In this document: positions 50,136 through 59,939 of the stretch, in pieces
Numbering within the stretch: the first letter of the stretch is position 1
How the letters are laid out: the number at the start of each line of letters is the position of its first letter
The notes under the pieces: generated by a model
Databases searched by the model: none
Seen by the model: only the letters and a program-made list of their open reading frames with translations
Told to the model about the DNA's origin: nothing
Program-made: the position numbers and the translations under genes
NCBI GenBank assembly: GCA_964508365.1
Contig: CAZDTP010000010.1
Location: forward strand, 14,336-78,335
Source of the DNA: an uncultured archaeon
GTDB lineage: Archaea > Asgardarchaeota > Lokiarchaeia > Sigyniarchaeales > SOKP01
Direction: 5' to 3'
Length of the DNA stretch: 64,000 nt

Positions 50136-50893
50136 CTAAACCATAATGGCATTAACATAAAGTTAATTTTAACATATATTGAAAAAGTCAATAAAAAAAT
50201 CAAGTATAGCGAAAATATCCAATCTTTTAAGGAATATCTAATCGTATAATAAAATGTCCGACCTTTTTTACTACCAAAAGATCGTGATTCTAAGGCTTCT
50301 GCTACGTTAAAGGCTCTTTTTATAGAACTAACTATAAGAGGAACTAAGAGAGGAAATAGGTTTCTTATTTGATTTATTATCCCTTTTTTTTGCATTTCAT
50401 AACCTCGACTCTGTTGAGCATCGATGATATTTTGTGTTTCTATAGCAATAGTTGGAACAAACCTAAATGCTAACGAGAAAGAAAATGCATACTCGTATGG
50501 AATTTTCATACTAATTAGGGAAAGAGCTAAATCGTTTGGATCTACAGTTAAAAAAAATAAAGAAAATGCTGAAATCATTATTGAAATTCTTAAAATCATA
50601 GCAATCGCAAATGATAATCCATTTTCATTAATAAATAGAGTATTAAGAACAATAATAAAAATATAGAGAAAAGACATTCCCTTGACGCTCTCTAACCATT
50701 TTTTAAATAACCTTCCTATAATTATTACTGGGAATAGGGTTATTAAAAGTAGTAATAAGGGGATTATTTCTTGAAATAATAGAGCGCTAATAGTGTATGT
50801 TATCGCTAGTAATAATTTAGCTCTTGGATCTAAATTGTGGAGAAAAGTCTCTTTTTTCAAGAATTTGAACGCACTCAGAAATTCTAAAGACAT
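50117..50893 (-). CDS. ecfT: ECF transporter transmembrane component T
   Basis: LDPRAK, LAFRFVP, AQQSRG, ALESRSF. Confidence 0.93.
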   Translation of the reverse strand: MSLEFLSAFKFLKKETFLHNLDPRAKLLLAITYTISALLFQEIIPLLLLLITLFPVIIIGRLFKKWLESVKGMSFLYIFIIVLNTLFINENGLSFAIAMILRISIMISAFSLFFLTVDPNDLALSLISMKIPYEYAFSFSLAFRFVPTIAIETQNIIDAQQSRGYEMQKKGIINQIRNLFPLLVPLIVSSIKRAFNVAEALESRSFGSKKGRTFYYTIRYSLKDWIFSLYLIFLLTFSIYVKINFMLMPLWFRWSLPL

Positions 50894-50910
50894 TTATTAA
50901 TTTTCCTCCT

Positions 50911-51768
50911 TTAAATTGTGGATTTGCTTTCCAAATAATTATCCAGAAAACTAATTATTTCGCTTTCTCTAATAACTTCTTTAGGAATAGTAATTCCTAT
51001 TTTTTGAAGTTCTTTTTTGAATAGATATATTTGCGGCATAATTAATGAAGATTTTGATATTAAAAACTCGTTAGTAAAAATACTCTGTGTTGGACCATCT
51101 GCAATAATTTGTCCTCCACCCATCAAGATTATTCTTGGAGCATGTTCTATTGTAAACTCTATGTTATGTGTCACCATTATTATTGTTTTTCCTCTTTTTA
51201 GCTCGTTTTTGATTAATCCAAGGAAGAAATTAATCTCTTTTGCATCTTGCCCTAATGTTGGTTCATCAAAAACTAGAATGTCAGGGTCACGACAAATAAT
51301 AGAAGCTATAGCTAATTTTTTTGATTCTCCACCAGATAAGTTTAATGGGGATCTTTTTCGATATTTTTCGAGATCAAATTCCTTTAGTATTTGATCAACT
51401 TTTATTTGAATTTCTTCTTTATCTAAATTTAGACTTTTCAAGGAAAATTTAATTTCGTCCTCTAATGTATTAGAAAATAGTTGATGCATAGGATTTTGGA
51501 AGATAACACCAACTTTTTTCGATATTGTAGCAATAGTTTTTGAATCAATATTTTCTCCTTCTAAATAAATACTTCCTTTTGTTGGTCGGATTAATCCATT
51601 AAAAGTACGAATCAAAGTCGTTTTTCCCGCTCCATTTTGCCCCATTATTGCAATAAATTCGCCTTTTTTAATATTTAATGAAACTTGCTTTAACGCAATT
51701 GTTCCGTTTGAGTATACATAATCAACATCGTGTACCATTATTAAAGGGAGCGAATTTATATCCTTCAT
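50911..51768 (-). CDS. ecfA: ECF transporter ATPase A'
   Basis: GQNGAGKTT, FQNP, LSGGE, FDEPT. Confidence 0.93.
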   Translation of the reverse strand: MKDINSLPLIMVHDVDYVYSNGTIALKQVSLNIKKGEFIAIMGQNGAGKTTLIRTFNGLIRPTKGSIYLEGENIDSKTIATISKKVGVIFQNPMHQLFSNTLEDEIKFSLKSLNLDKEEIQIKVDQILKEFDLEKYRKRSPLNLSGGESKKLAIASIICRDPDILVFDEPTLGQDAKEINFFLGLIKNELKRGKTIIMVTHNIEFTIEHAPRIILMGGGQIIADGPTQSIFTNEFLISKSSLIMPQIYLFKKELQKIGITIPKEVIRESEIISFLDNYLESKSTI

Positions 51769-51780
51769 GAGTATTTCAAG

Positions 51781-52620
51781 TTATTTAATCATTTTTAATG
51801 AACTTATGGCATCTTGAATAGAAACTGGAATATCGTGTTGAAATTTATTTCTATTTTTTAATTCATTAAAAATTGAATATATTTTTGGTTTATTAATATT
51901 CGAATTCTTAAATGTGCTAGAATTTATGACTTTGTCTTTAGCACCATAAGCTATAATCTCACTTTCTTTCATTAAAATTATATCGTCTACTAATGGTAGA
52001 ATTAAATCCATTCGGTGTTCACTAATTATAACAGTTATCTTCTTTTCCACTTGAATTTTTTTTAATAGGTTTAAAATTTTACTTGCAAATAATGGGTCCA
52101 AATTTGATGTTGGTTCGTCCAGAACGATAACCTTAGGTTCTAATACTAAAATTGAAGCAATAGCAACTCGTTGTTGTTCACCACCACTTATCTCGAAAGG
52201 TGCTTTATCTATTATGCTTTCAATTTCAGTTATTTCTACAACCTCCTTAATTTTTTCTTTTATTTCATCCCTTGGAATTCCTAAATTTTCCAAACCAAAA
52301 GCTATCTCATGTTCTACATTCATTGCAATTAGTTGGTTTTCAGGATTTTGGAATACGATTCCAACTTCACTAGATAATTGAGATATTGTTGTTTCAGTGG
52401 TGTTTTTTCCTGAAATTTCTACATCTCCTTTATAATAACCAGCATAAAATTGGGGGATTAATCCATTCATACATCTAATTAATGTGGTTTTCCCAGATCC
52501 CGTCTCACCAGCTAATAAAATAAATCTATTTGATCCTATTTCTACATTAATTTTTTTAAGCGCATACTCGTCGTTTCCTTTATATCGAAAATGAAAATTA
52601 TTAAATTTAATCAAGCTCAT
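51781..52620 (-). CDS. ecfA: ECF transporter ATPase A
   Basis: GETGSGKTT, FQNPENQ, ISGGEQQR, LDEPT. Confidence 0.93.
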   Translation of the reverse strand: MSLIKFNNFHFRYKGNDEYALKKINVEIGSNRFILLAGETGSGKTTLIRCMNGLIPQFYAGYYKGDVEISGKNTTETTISQLSSEVGIVFQNPENQLIAMNVEHEIAFGLENLGIPRDEIKEKIKEVVEITEIESIIDKAPFEISGGEQQRVAIASILVLEPKVIVLDEPTSNLDPLFASKILNLLKKIQVEKKITVIISEHRMDLILPLVDDIILMKESEIIAYGAKDKVINSSTFKNSNINKPKIYSIFNELKNRNKFQHDIPVSIQDAISSLKMIK

Positions 52621-52661
52621 GAAATGGGATCTCCATAATTCTTTTAGCTTTATAAGGATAG

Positions 52662-53657
52662 TTAATTAATTAAAGTTTTTTTTATTTTATCGATTAATTG
52701 ATTGAGGCTTTCCTCTACATCACTCTTACCATTCAAAGTAGCAGCACCATCATGTCCACCACCATTCACATTATTTATTTCACTTATAATTTTCCCAAGA
52801 TGTAAACCTGTTTTTAGGCAAACTTGTTTTTTTGCTCTTGTAGAGATTCTATAATCAGATTTATTTTTGGATACGACAATTCCAATATCAAAACCCACAT
52901 TTGTTAAGATTGAAGCAGCAGAAGCGCTAAAACTACTAAGATGTGATATTCCTATTAACCAATCGTTAATTCGAATTAATTTAACCCTTTGAAGCGCTTT
53001 AATTCGTGCAATTTTCTCGGAGATGTCTTTTTCATTTTTTAGTAAGGGGATTACATCTTGAATTTCTAACTGATCCTGTAAGATATTATTTAAACTTTTT
53101 ATGGTTCTGGTATTTCCATACTTGAGAAATCCAGAATCGGTCAAGATTGCTGATACAAGAAGATATTTATATGGTATTGGAAGCTTTATGGTGCAATCAT
53201 CAAATAATTCTAACACTATTTCTGATGTCGAAGAATAATTATCAAAAATCAAATTAAGCGACGAAACATTACCTAGATAATCCTTCTGTAAATTTAAATG
53301 ATGATCTATAAAGATATAAGGAATATCCAAATCTAAATTATTAAATAGCTTTATTTGGTCTAGATTATTAGAGTCAACTATTGCGATAACATCTATATCT
53401 GATAATTCAACATCTTCTTGAAAGCTAAAGTTAAATTTTGGAAATTTTATACTAAATTTGTTTATAAACCTTTTTGTATGCTTAGATAGTCCTGAAAAAG
53501 TTAAATATATGTTTTGGTTAGGGAAATAATATTCAAAACAATATTTTAAGACAATCCCTGAGATAAAAGCATCGAGGTCTGCTAAATCATGGGTGGTAAT
53601 TAAGAGATTTTTTCCTTTTAAAAAGTTTAAAAAATCCTCTTTTTTAGAATTAAGCAT
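52662..53657 (-). CDS. DHH-family phosphoesterase
   Basis: HDLADLD, IDHH, TDSG, GGGHDGAA. Confidence 0.9.
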   Translation of the reverse strand: MLNSKKEDFLNFLKGKNLLITTHDLADLDAFISGIVLKYCFEYYFPNQNIYLTFSGLSKHTKRFINKFSIKFPKFNFSFQEDVELSDIDVIAIVDSNNLDQIKLFNNLDLDIPYIFIDHHLNLQKDYLGNVSSLNLIFDNYSSTSEIVLELFDDCTIKLPIPYKYLLVSAILTDSGFLKYGNTRTIKSLNNILQDQLEIQDVIPLLKNEKDISEKIARIKALQRVKLIRINDWLIGISHLSSFSASAASILTNVGFDIGIVVSKNKSDYRISTRAKKQVCLKTGLHLGKIISEINNVNGGGHDGAATLNGKSDVEESLNQLIDKIKKTLIN

Positions 53658-53672
53658 GAATATTTCATTAAG

Positions 53673-54029
53673 TTATTGATTTTGAAGATCTGCTTGAAGA
53701 GATTTTTGCATATTTTCAAAAGTGCTCTTTGTTCTTTCAATTTTTTGAGCAAGCGTGGTTGAACGCATATTTAAGGTTTCTTTATCAGATTTTTTTTCTA
53801 CTAGAAGCTTATCTCTTTCGCTTCTAACCATTATACCACCGATTTGCTTATAAACTGTTGTTTCGGGGCTTGCTCTTTCTAACTCTTCCAATGCAAGTTC
53901 TGTTTCTCTGATAGAACTATCAATTTGAATCTTCTGTTGTGTTAGGAGTTCTAAAGTCTGCCCAACCTGAGTTAAATTTTGAAATTTCTTTTTTGTTTCT
54001 TCATCTAATTGGTCCAAATTAATCGTCAA
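53673..54029 (-). CDS. pfdB: Prefoldin beta subunit
   Basis: Coiled coil with VYKQIGGIMVR hairpin; TTG start with GTGA 6 nt upstream. Confidence 0.92.
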   Translation of the reverse strand: MTINLDQLDEETKKKFQNLTQVGQTLELLTQQKIQIDSSIRETELALEELERASPETTVYKQIGGIMVRSERDKLLVEKKSDKETLNMRSTTLAQKIERTKSTFENMQKSLQADLQNQ

Positions 54030-54105
54030 CGAAAATCACAAAATTTGTTTTATAATATCAAATGAAATGTGGAATATGAAATTTACGAATAATTTAATCT
54101 AAGAC

Positions 54106-54378
54106 TTATTGCGTTTTATTTACAATATTCAAAACGCCTTCAAATATCCGACCAAAACTGATGATTTCATTAATTGTTGCTCTGAATGCGGTAATATCTT
54201 TACTTTCTATTGAAAAGATTAGTGAATTTTCTTCTTTTTTTAAAGAGAGAGTAGATCTTTTTAAATTTTGAACTTTAAATTCAGGTAAAAAAGAGTTATA
54301 CGAATAATTACATAATTCAGGCGTTTTAAATTGAAACTCTAAAGTAGATTTAATAGTAAGTAAGTTATTATTATTCAT
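54106..54378 (-). CDS. pcc1: KEOPS subunit Pcc1
   Basis: SFLPE...RS...IESKDITAFRATIN; conserved position in the superoperon. Confidence 0.88.
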   Translation of the reverse strand: MNNNNLLTIKSTLEFQFKTPELCNYSYNSFLPEFKVQNLKRSTLSLKKEENSLIFSIESKDITAFRATINEIISFGRIFEGVLNIVNKTQ

Positions 54379-54668
54379 TATTCTTCTATAGCTTCTAACT
54401 CTCGTTGTTTTCGCTTCGCTATTCTAAAAGATTCCGCACCACGAGGAGTTTGGGTGTTATAAGCACCACCAGTAAATTTAGCATCGCATTTTTTACAATG
54501 CCATACACCTGTGGAGATTCTATTAATAGATCCTTTTGTTTCGCACCGTGGGCATTTTAAATTACCACCTTTTTGTTTCTCCATTACTAATCGCCATTTC
54601 TTTCTAACATTAGCACCATAACGCGCTCCAAAAGTTGCGGATATCCCAGTTTTTTTAGTTTTACCCAT
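54378..54668 (-). CDS. rpl37ae: 50S ribosomal protein eL43 (L37ae)
   Basis: FGARYGANVRK, CPRC...GVWHCKKC, FTGGAY. Confidence 0.95.
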   Translation of the reverse strand: MGKTKKTGISATFGARYGANVRKKWRLVMEKQKGGNLKCPRCETKGSINRISTGVWHCKKCDAKFTGGAYNTQTPRGAESFRIAKRKQRELEAIEE

Positions 54669-54872
54669 ATCATTCACTAGTTTCTTTTATAATAATGCAT
54701 TTAAATAAAAACTATTATAAACTTTAAATTTTTCCAATGAGGAAACGTTGAGGAACTTTTGAAATTCTGAGAAAAGTAAGAATAGGAACTTAAATTAAGA
54801 AATGAATTGGTCATGTTTCTTATAAATGAAAAATAAAAATAAAAAAAATTAAATTAACGAAAAATTTTAATC

Positions 54873-55691
54873 CTAACGCTTGTATTGCCAAAGATTTAAA
54901 TCTTTCCTGATCTTCTTGCCAATCTCCATAGATTTTTTACTTAAAGTCTCTATTTCCTCTATAGATAAAGTAGCATATCCACTTTTTTGAATAGATGTTA
55001 TTTTATCTTCGGTTACCGAAATTGAAATGCTTCCATCGCATACTAATTCTTCTGGCAAACTCGGATCTAAGAAAATAATATCTCCTATTTTTCCATATGT
55101 TAAAACTATAGGTAATTCGTTCACAAGTGTATCTCCGCTCAAATATTTTCCCGTCCATGTAACTTCGTTGTTCTCCCATATTCCTTCAGGAATTTTGCTT
55201 GAAATTAATGTAGTTAAAGCACTAATGCCACCAGCATCAATTAAATTCCCTGAATAATTAATAACATAAATATCCACGAATAGAATATAAACTGCTGCAT
55301 TTTCCTTTATACACAACTTTTTCGTTTGAACACAGTCTGCATGGCGAATTCCCCTATCAACAACACGTGCTAATTCTATAGATTGTTCGTCAGGAGGACC
55401 TCTTTCAAACAAAGGAGATGCTAAAGGTAATAGTTCAGCCATAAATGTACAAACTCCCTCGTTAGGAAGATCTGGAAATGGTGCACCTACATCGTATTTC
55501 AATCCAGTGATCACCCGTGTTTTTCCTAAAGAAACTTCAGCAGATCCCTCCGCTGAAGCTATTACATTACTTTTAACACTCCAGTCTCTATGCTGCCAAA
55601 GATTTCTGCCATCTATTCTTTCCTCTTTTTTCAGATTTGAAAGAATATAATTCTTTTCTATAGTCGATATTACTCGCTTTATATTCATCAT
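54873..55691 (-). CDS. rrp42: Exosome core subunit Rrp42
   Basis: RIDGR, EGSAEVSLGKT, PFPDLPNEG, FERGPP, ELARVVDR. Confidence 0.95.
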   Translation of the reverse strand: MMNIKRVISTIEKNYILSNLKKEERIDGRNLWQHRDWSVKSNVIASAEGSAEVSLGKTRVITGLKYDVGAPFPDLPNEGVCTFMAELLPLASPLFERGPPDEQSIELARVVDRGIRHADCVQTKKLCIKENAAVYILFVDIYVINYSGNLIDAGGISALTTLISSKIPEGIWENNEVTWTGKYLSGDTLVNELPIVLTYGKIGDIIFLDPSLPEELVCDGSISISVTEDKITSIQKSGYATLSIEEIETLSKKSMEIGKKIRKDLNLWQYKR

Positions 55692-56455
55692 TCTTTTTTC
55701 TCTCCTCCGCTATATTCCTCTTGAATTTCGATGTATTTCTTTTTCAACGCGTCCAGCTGAATTTCATAGATTTTAGAGATTGCATCTTTAGCAAGGCTTA
55801 AGCATTTGCTAAATTCATCTAAATCCATACTACCATCAAATTGAAGTAATGAGAGTTCTTCATTAAACCATGTCATTGCACAAGGTAAATCTGCTTCACC
55901 TGCTTTATCCTCTATCCCTGATAGATCAGTTATTAATTCTCCATCGATTTTTCCTACAGCAACAGCGGTTACTAAACTTCTCATAGGAACACCTGCATCT
56001 GCAAGTGCTAATGCTGCAACAGTGGTACAAGCACATCGAGTTCCACCATCGGCATCCATAACGTTTATAAAAACCTCAAAAGCTGTTCCAGGATAAAGTT
56101 CTAAAAATAGAACGGGTTCTAGGCAGTCAGTTATTACCATTGAAACTTCTTTTTCTCGGCGCCCAGGAGCAGGGCGTTTTCTTTCAAACACCGAAAATGT
56201 TGCCATCCGATAAAAAACGCGTAAAATTCCTCTGTCTGGTTTTGCTAAATGGTGAGGATGTACTTCTCTCGGTCCATAAACGGCAGCATATATTTTGTTA
56301 TTACCCCATTCAATATAAGCTGAACCATCAGCATTTTCTAAGACTCCTACTTCCATTTTAATAGGTCTCAGCTCGTACTTATCTCGGCCGTCTAGCCTCT
56401 TACCGTCTTCACGAAATAACTTCTCCGGATACTCATCTTTAATAATTAACGGCAT
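55688..56455 (-). CDS. rrp41: Exosome core subunit Rrp41
   Basis: RLDGR..ELRP, ADGSAYIEWG, YGPREVHP, DGGTR. Confidence 0.96.
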   Translation of the reverse strand: MPLIIKDEYPEKLFREDGKRLDGRDKYELRPIKMEVGVLENADGSAYIEWGNNKIYAAVYGPREVHPHHLAKPDRGILRVFYRMATFSVFERKRPAPGRREKEVSMVITDCLEPVLFLELYPGTAFEVFINVMDADGGTRCACTTVAALALADAGVPMRSLVTAVAVGKIDGELITDLSGIEDKAGEADLPCAMTWFNEELSLLQFDGSMDLDEFSKCLSLAKDAISKIYEIQLDALKKKYIEIQEEYSGGEKKE

Positions 56456-57265
56456 TTAATTCATACCTCTTATCTTTTTTTCATTCTCAATATATTCAGA
56501 CATTCGGTCTGTTAACCCAACAGTATGGGCTTCTTTTTCTATTTTTCGTATCGCATCTATTAATAATCTTTCATGAGCCAAATCATCGCCTTTTAACCAA
56601 ATACGACCATTTTGAGTCACAAATATATTACTTTTAGTCAGGTTTTTTAACATTTTAATCATCGAACCACTACGCCCTATAACGCGGGGTACTTTTGGAG
56701 GGTCAATTGTAATTACTAATCCATCCCTTCTTTTACCTAAGTATTTACCCACGGTTGTTAATTCCGGTTTATTTAACCTATCTGCCGAAAGTACTTTAAC
56801 TATTAAAATGTCTCCTATTTCATACTTTTCCGTAGAATTATCCTGATCATCAGATGCTCCACCTCTGTAACCTCTCGGTTTTCCTCTTTTTACAGTGTTC
56901 TTAGGTTTTAAAACACCATTGTCTTTCGAGTTTATATCGCATATGTATTTAACTGGATTTTTATCAGTAACTAATGCAATTATTTTATCTCCTGGACGAG
57001 GTGTATAAAATCCTCTAAGGGGAATTACATTAATGTAATTTCTTTTAACTTGTTTTAATCCAATATTTAAGGAAATAATCTTCGATCTATCTTTATTAAA
57101 TATCGTTCCACGTCCCGGTAGGAAATTTTTTGTATCCTCTGATAAAATTTCTCCAGGTACTACAAGATCGCGGGAAGTTTCCTCGTCATCAAACTCATCG
57201 ATATCTACGTCCTCAGAAGTATCTCCTGTAGGATCTTCATTAGGTTCATCTTTCTCGTGTTCCAT
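56456..57265 (-). CDS. rrp4: Exosome cap subunit Rrp4 (S1+KH) with acidic N-terminal extension
   Basis: VVPGE, YTPRPGD, KVPRVIGRSGSM, QNGRIW, GLTDR. Confidence 0.93.
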   Translation of the reverse strand: MEHEKDEPNEDPTGDTSEDVDIDEFDDEETSRDLVVPGEILSEDTKNFLPGRGTIFNKDRSKIISLNIGLKQVKRNYINVIPLRGFYTPRPGDKIIALVTDKNPVKYICDINSKDNGVLKPKNTVKRGKPRGYRGGASDDQDNSTEKYEIGDILIVKVLSADRLNKPELTTVGKYLGKRRDGLVITIDPPKVPRVIGRSGSMIKMLKNLTKSNIFVTQNGRIWLKGDDLAHERLLIDAIRKIEKEAHTVGLTDRMSEYIENEKKIRGMN

Positions 57266-57356
57266 TTTTTAAACTCACTTTTTCTTATTATTTATACTTT
57301 TACTTAACCAATGTTGTAAAAAAAATCTAAACAAAAATTAGTTAAAAATTATTCGG

Positions 57357-58148
57357 CTAAGATTTCATAATTTTGGTTTGAACTCTTCCATGAGTAAGTT
57401 TATTTAACTTATCTACTAATTCCATCTGTAAACCTGCTGGCAAACTAACAACAGATACCCAAGATCCATCCGATTGCCACTCTTCGTTCTTAATTTGCGC
57501 TAATTGTGCTACTATGTTATAACCTTTTGCTGTAAAAGCAGAAGGTATTTTAAGCGCAAGTTCTACCTGTTCCATTCTAATAGGTATGATTGCCCGTATT
57601 TGTTTGATAACATCATCAACCTGTTCTTCTGCATTTCTCATTAAGTCAACTTTAACTTTAGCTTCTTCTATAGCTTTCTCGATTCTCTGATAAGGATGTG
57701 GCTTCTTATTTTGAGGATTTATCGCATTTTTGGTAATTATTGTTATAATTTGTTTTAATTTCTTTTCCCTCTCTTCCTCTCTTTGAGAACGAGTCCATTG
57801 AATCTCCCCATCAAGTAAAATATAGCCCGCTATAATTCTTCCTTCTGTAGTGTTAAATACAGCCTCCATATCCCCATCGGTAGCTTTCTTTCCTCGCCTT
57901 AAATCCTCAAATACAATGAAACTTTCGAAAATTAATTCAATTGCTATCTTAGGATTCTTTAGAAGTTCGTCCACAGAAACACGAGATTTATCCTTTCCCT
58001 CTACAAGACGTATATTGATTTCGTCTCGAATCATTTTTTTCGCTTCCCAAGCCTGATCTGGAGCTAGGAGCATTTCAAATGTTCGGCCCTCTTTTTCAAT
58101 GCGTCCGATTATAAAATCGCCTAAATCTATCCGCGCTCTTTCTATCAT
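57357..58148 (-). CDS. sbds: Ribosome maturation factor SBDS/Sdo1
   Basis: EGRTFE, INPQNKKPHP.QRIE, EWQSDGS. Confidence 0.93.
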   Translation of the reverse strand: MIERARIDLGDFIIGRIEKEGRTFEMLLAPDQAWEAKKMIRDEINIRLVEGKDKSRVSVDELLKNPKIAIELIFESFIVFEDLRRGKKATDGDMEAVFNTTEGRIIAGYILLDGEIQWTRSQREEEREKKLKQIITIITKNAINPQNKKPHPYQRIEKAIEEAKVKVDLMRNAEEQVDDVIKQIRAIIPIRMEQVELALKIPSAFTAKGYNIVAQLAQIKNEEWQSDGSWVSVVSLPAGLQMELVDKLNKLTHGRVQTKIMKS

Positions 58149-58265
58149 TGAACCTTATCTCGATTTGCTTTATGGAAATATCTCGTTTCTGTATGTTTTT
58201 TGCCTTCTATTATTAGATAAACGTTAATTTGAGATAACCTTGAAATAGATATAATTGTAAGAAGA

Positions 58266-58982
58266 TTATATTTTAGCTAATAATTCATCTTTTTCTTGAT
58301 TATTTAATAGTTTAAATTTTAAATCGTCTTTCATAATAAAAGCTATATCACAAGTATCCTTACTTAAATTTTCACCCATTAATTCCTTTAAGGTTCTTAA
58401 AGGTAATAATTTTAGATCCTCATCATTTATATCTTCTTTATAATTTTTCTCAAGGTAAGCTCTTGCTTCGGTCGCTCCTGACCCAATTGCAAAGGCTTTA
58501 TAACCCCACATAGCTCCACTTGGATCAGTTAAGTACAAGGAAGCTTCTCCATTGGAATCAACTCCAGCTATAAGAAAACTTACTCCAAAAGGTCTTACAC
58601 CCGCATTTTGAGTAAACAATTGGAGGTATTCGCAAATGTTTAAGGTGCTATCTTTTACAGAAATTTTTTCATCATAATTTAAAATATTAACCTGTGCTTG
58701 GACGCGAGCTTTATCAACTAAAACTCTTGCGTCAGCTGTTAAACCGGCAATGGCTACTCCAATATGGTCGTCAACTTTAAAAATTTTCTCAGAGCCAATA
58801 ATCTCTTGAAGCTCGGAACTCTTTTTCTCAACGGTAAATACAACAGAATTATTATTTCTACATACAATAGCCGTTGTTCCTCTTCTCACAGCTTCTATGG
58901 CGTACTCAACTTGAAAAAGACGACCCTCAGGGGAAAACTGAGTTATAGCCATATCATAACCCCTTCCTGCTTGCTGGAACAT
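58266..58982 (-). CDS. psmA: Proteasome alpha subunit
   Basis: GYDMAITQFSPEGRLFQVEYA, GLTADAR, RPFGVS, DPSG. Confidence 0.97.
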   Translation of the reverse strand: MFQQAGRGYDMAITQFSPEGRLFQVEYAIEAVRRGTTAIVCRNNNSVVFTVEKKSSELQEIIGSEKIFKVDDHIGVAIAGLTADARVLVDKARVQAQVNILNYDEKISVKDSTLNICEYLQLFTQNAGVRPFGVSFLIAGVDSNGEASLYLTDPSGAMWGYKAFAIGSGATEARAYLEKNYKEDINDEDLKLLPLRTLKELMGENLSKDTCDIAFIMKDDLKFKLLNNQEKDELLAKI

Positions 58983-59390
58983 GATTCTCTCCTAATAGAA
59001 TTTTTAATTAATTTTTATTTAGTGTTTTTTTTACTATTAATAATCATATAATCAATAAAATTTATATTTTGTCTAAATAAACTATAACCTTTCTGTGATT
59101 TGAATCTGAAAATTTAAATAAAAATCTTAAAAGAAAATAAGAAAAAAAATATAAAAGGTATGAAATCTCAATCCCTAAGATTGTAAATCATTTTTTTTGA
59201 ACTAATCTATAAAATTTATATCATTAATTAATTTCATTATCAATCTCTGAAATTTTGTATAATAATTATAGAAAATATTATAAAAGGATTTTTTTATAAA
59301 AAATTTAAACTAAATATGAGCTATAGTGATCAACAATTAATATTTATTAAATTAGAATGGGTTTAAAATATAAAAAAAAGTGATACTACG

Positions 59391-59762
59391 CTAACTCCAA
59401 GCAACCTTATTGATAAAAATCGACCACTCAAGCAAGATAAGGCCCTTATCTTGCGTATGGGCTATTATGTAGTCTCCTTCTTTCGTAACGGATCCAACTA
59501 TATTGCCTTTTCCTCCAACGATATTTTTTGCCGCTAGTTGTATCTCATCGTTTTTTAAAATGGCATATCTATAACTCTGGAACATTAAAGCAGGTTCATT
59601 CTCTTTCCATGCTTTTAAGATGGCTTTCGCTTCTCCATCAGATAATTGGAATTCTTCCGATTTAAAAAGGATTTCACCTTCAGGACTCAACACGAAAATC
59701 TCTTCCATACCGTCATATTCCCTTAATTCGTCTATTAAATAATTAAACCGTTGTAGTTCCAT
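59391..59762 (-). CDS. Profilin-like protein (123 aa; ATG 59762 preferred)
   Basis: IFVLSPEGEILFKS..FQLS..EAKAIL.AW...L.FQSYRYAILK.DE..L..KN..GKGNIV matches the profilin pattern; GGTGGAG SD before the ATG. Confidence 0.7.
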   Translation of the reverse strand: MELQRFNYLIDELREYDGMEEIFVLSPEGEILFKSEEFQLSDGEAKAILKAWKENEPALMFQSYRYAILKNDEIQLAAKNIVGGKGNIVGSVTKEGDYIIAHTQDKGLILLEWSIFINKVAWS

Positions 59763-59939
59763 ATCTCCACCATAATTTTCTAATATTGTATTTAATGAAT
59801 TATAAAACCACAAGAATATAAATTTTGTTAGAATGAAAGAAAGTCAGAATTAAATATGTTCTTGATATGAGATGATGTGAGAAAAAGAGAAATTTTAGAT
59901 TTAAGCAATTCTTTCTAATATTATTCATAATACTAATTT

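Noticed and set aside
54737-54770. ATGAGGA...TTGAGGA...CTGA resembling a C/D box sRNA
   Set aside because: The spacing is too short for two guide regions and the boxes are degenerate.
57930-58050. SBDS insertion as a second, stop-free mRNA intron
   Set aside because: I could find no BHB or strong hairpin, and the sequence reads as ordinary charged helical protein.
58983-59390. Long intergenic region upstream of psmA as a hidden gene or ncRNA
   Set aside because: Extremely AT-rich with no sustained open frame or GC-rich stems; consistent with promoter or spacer DNA.
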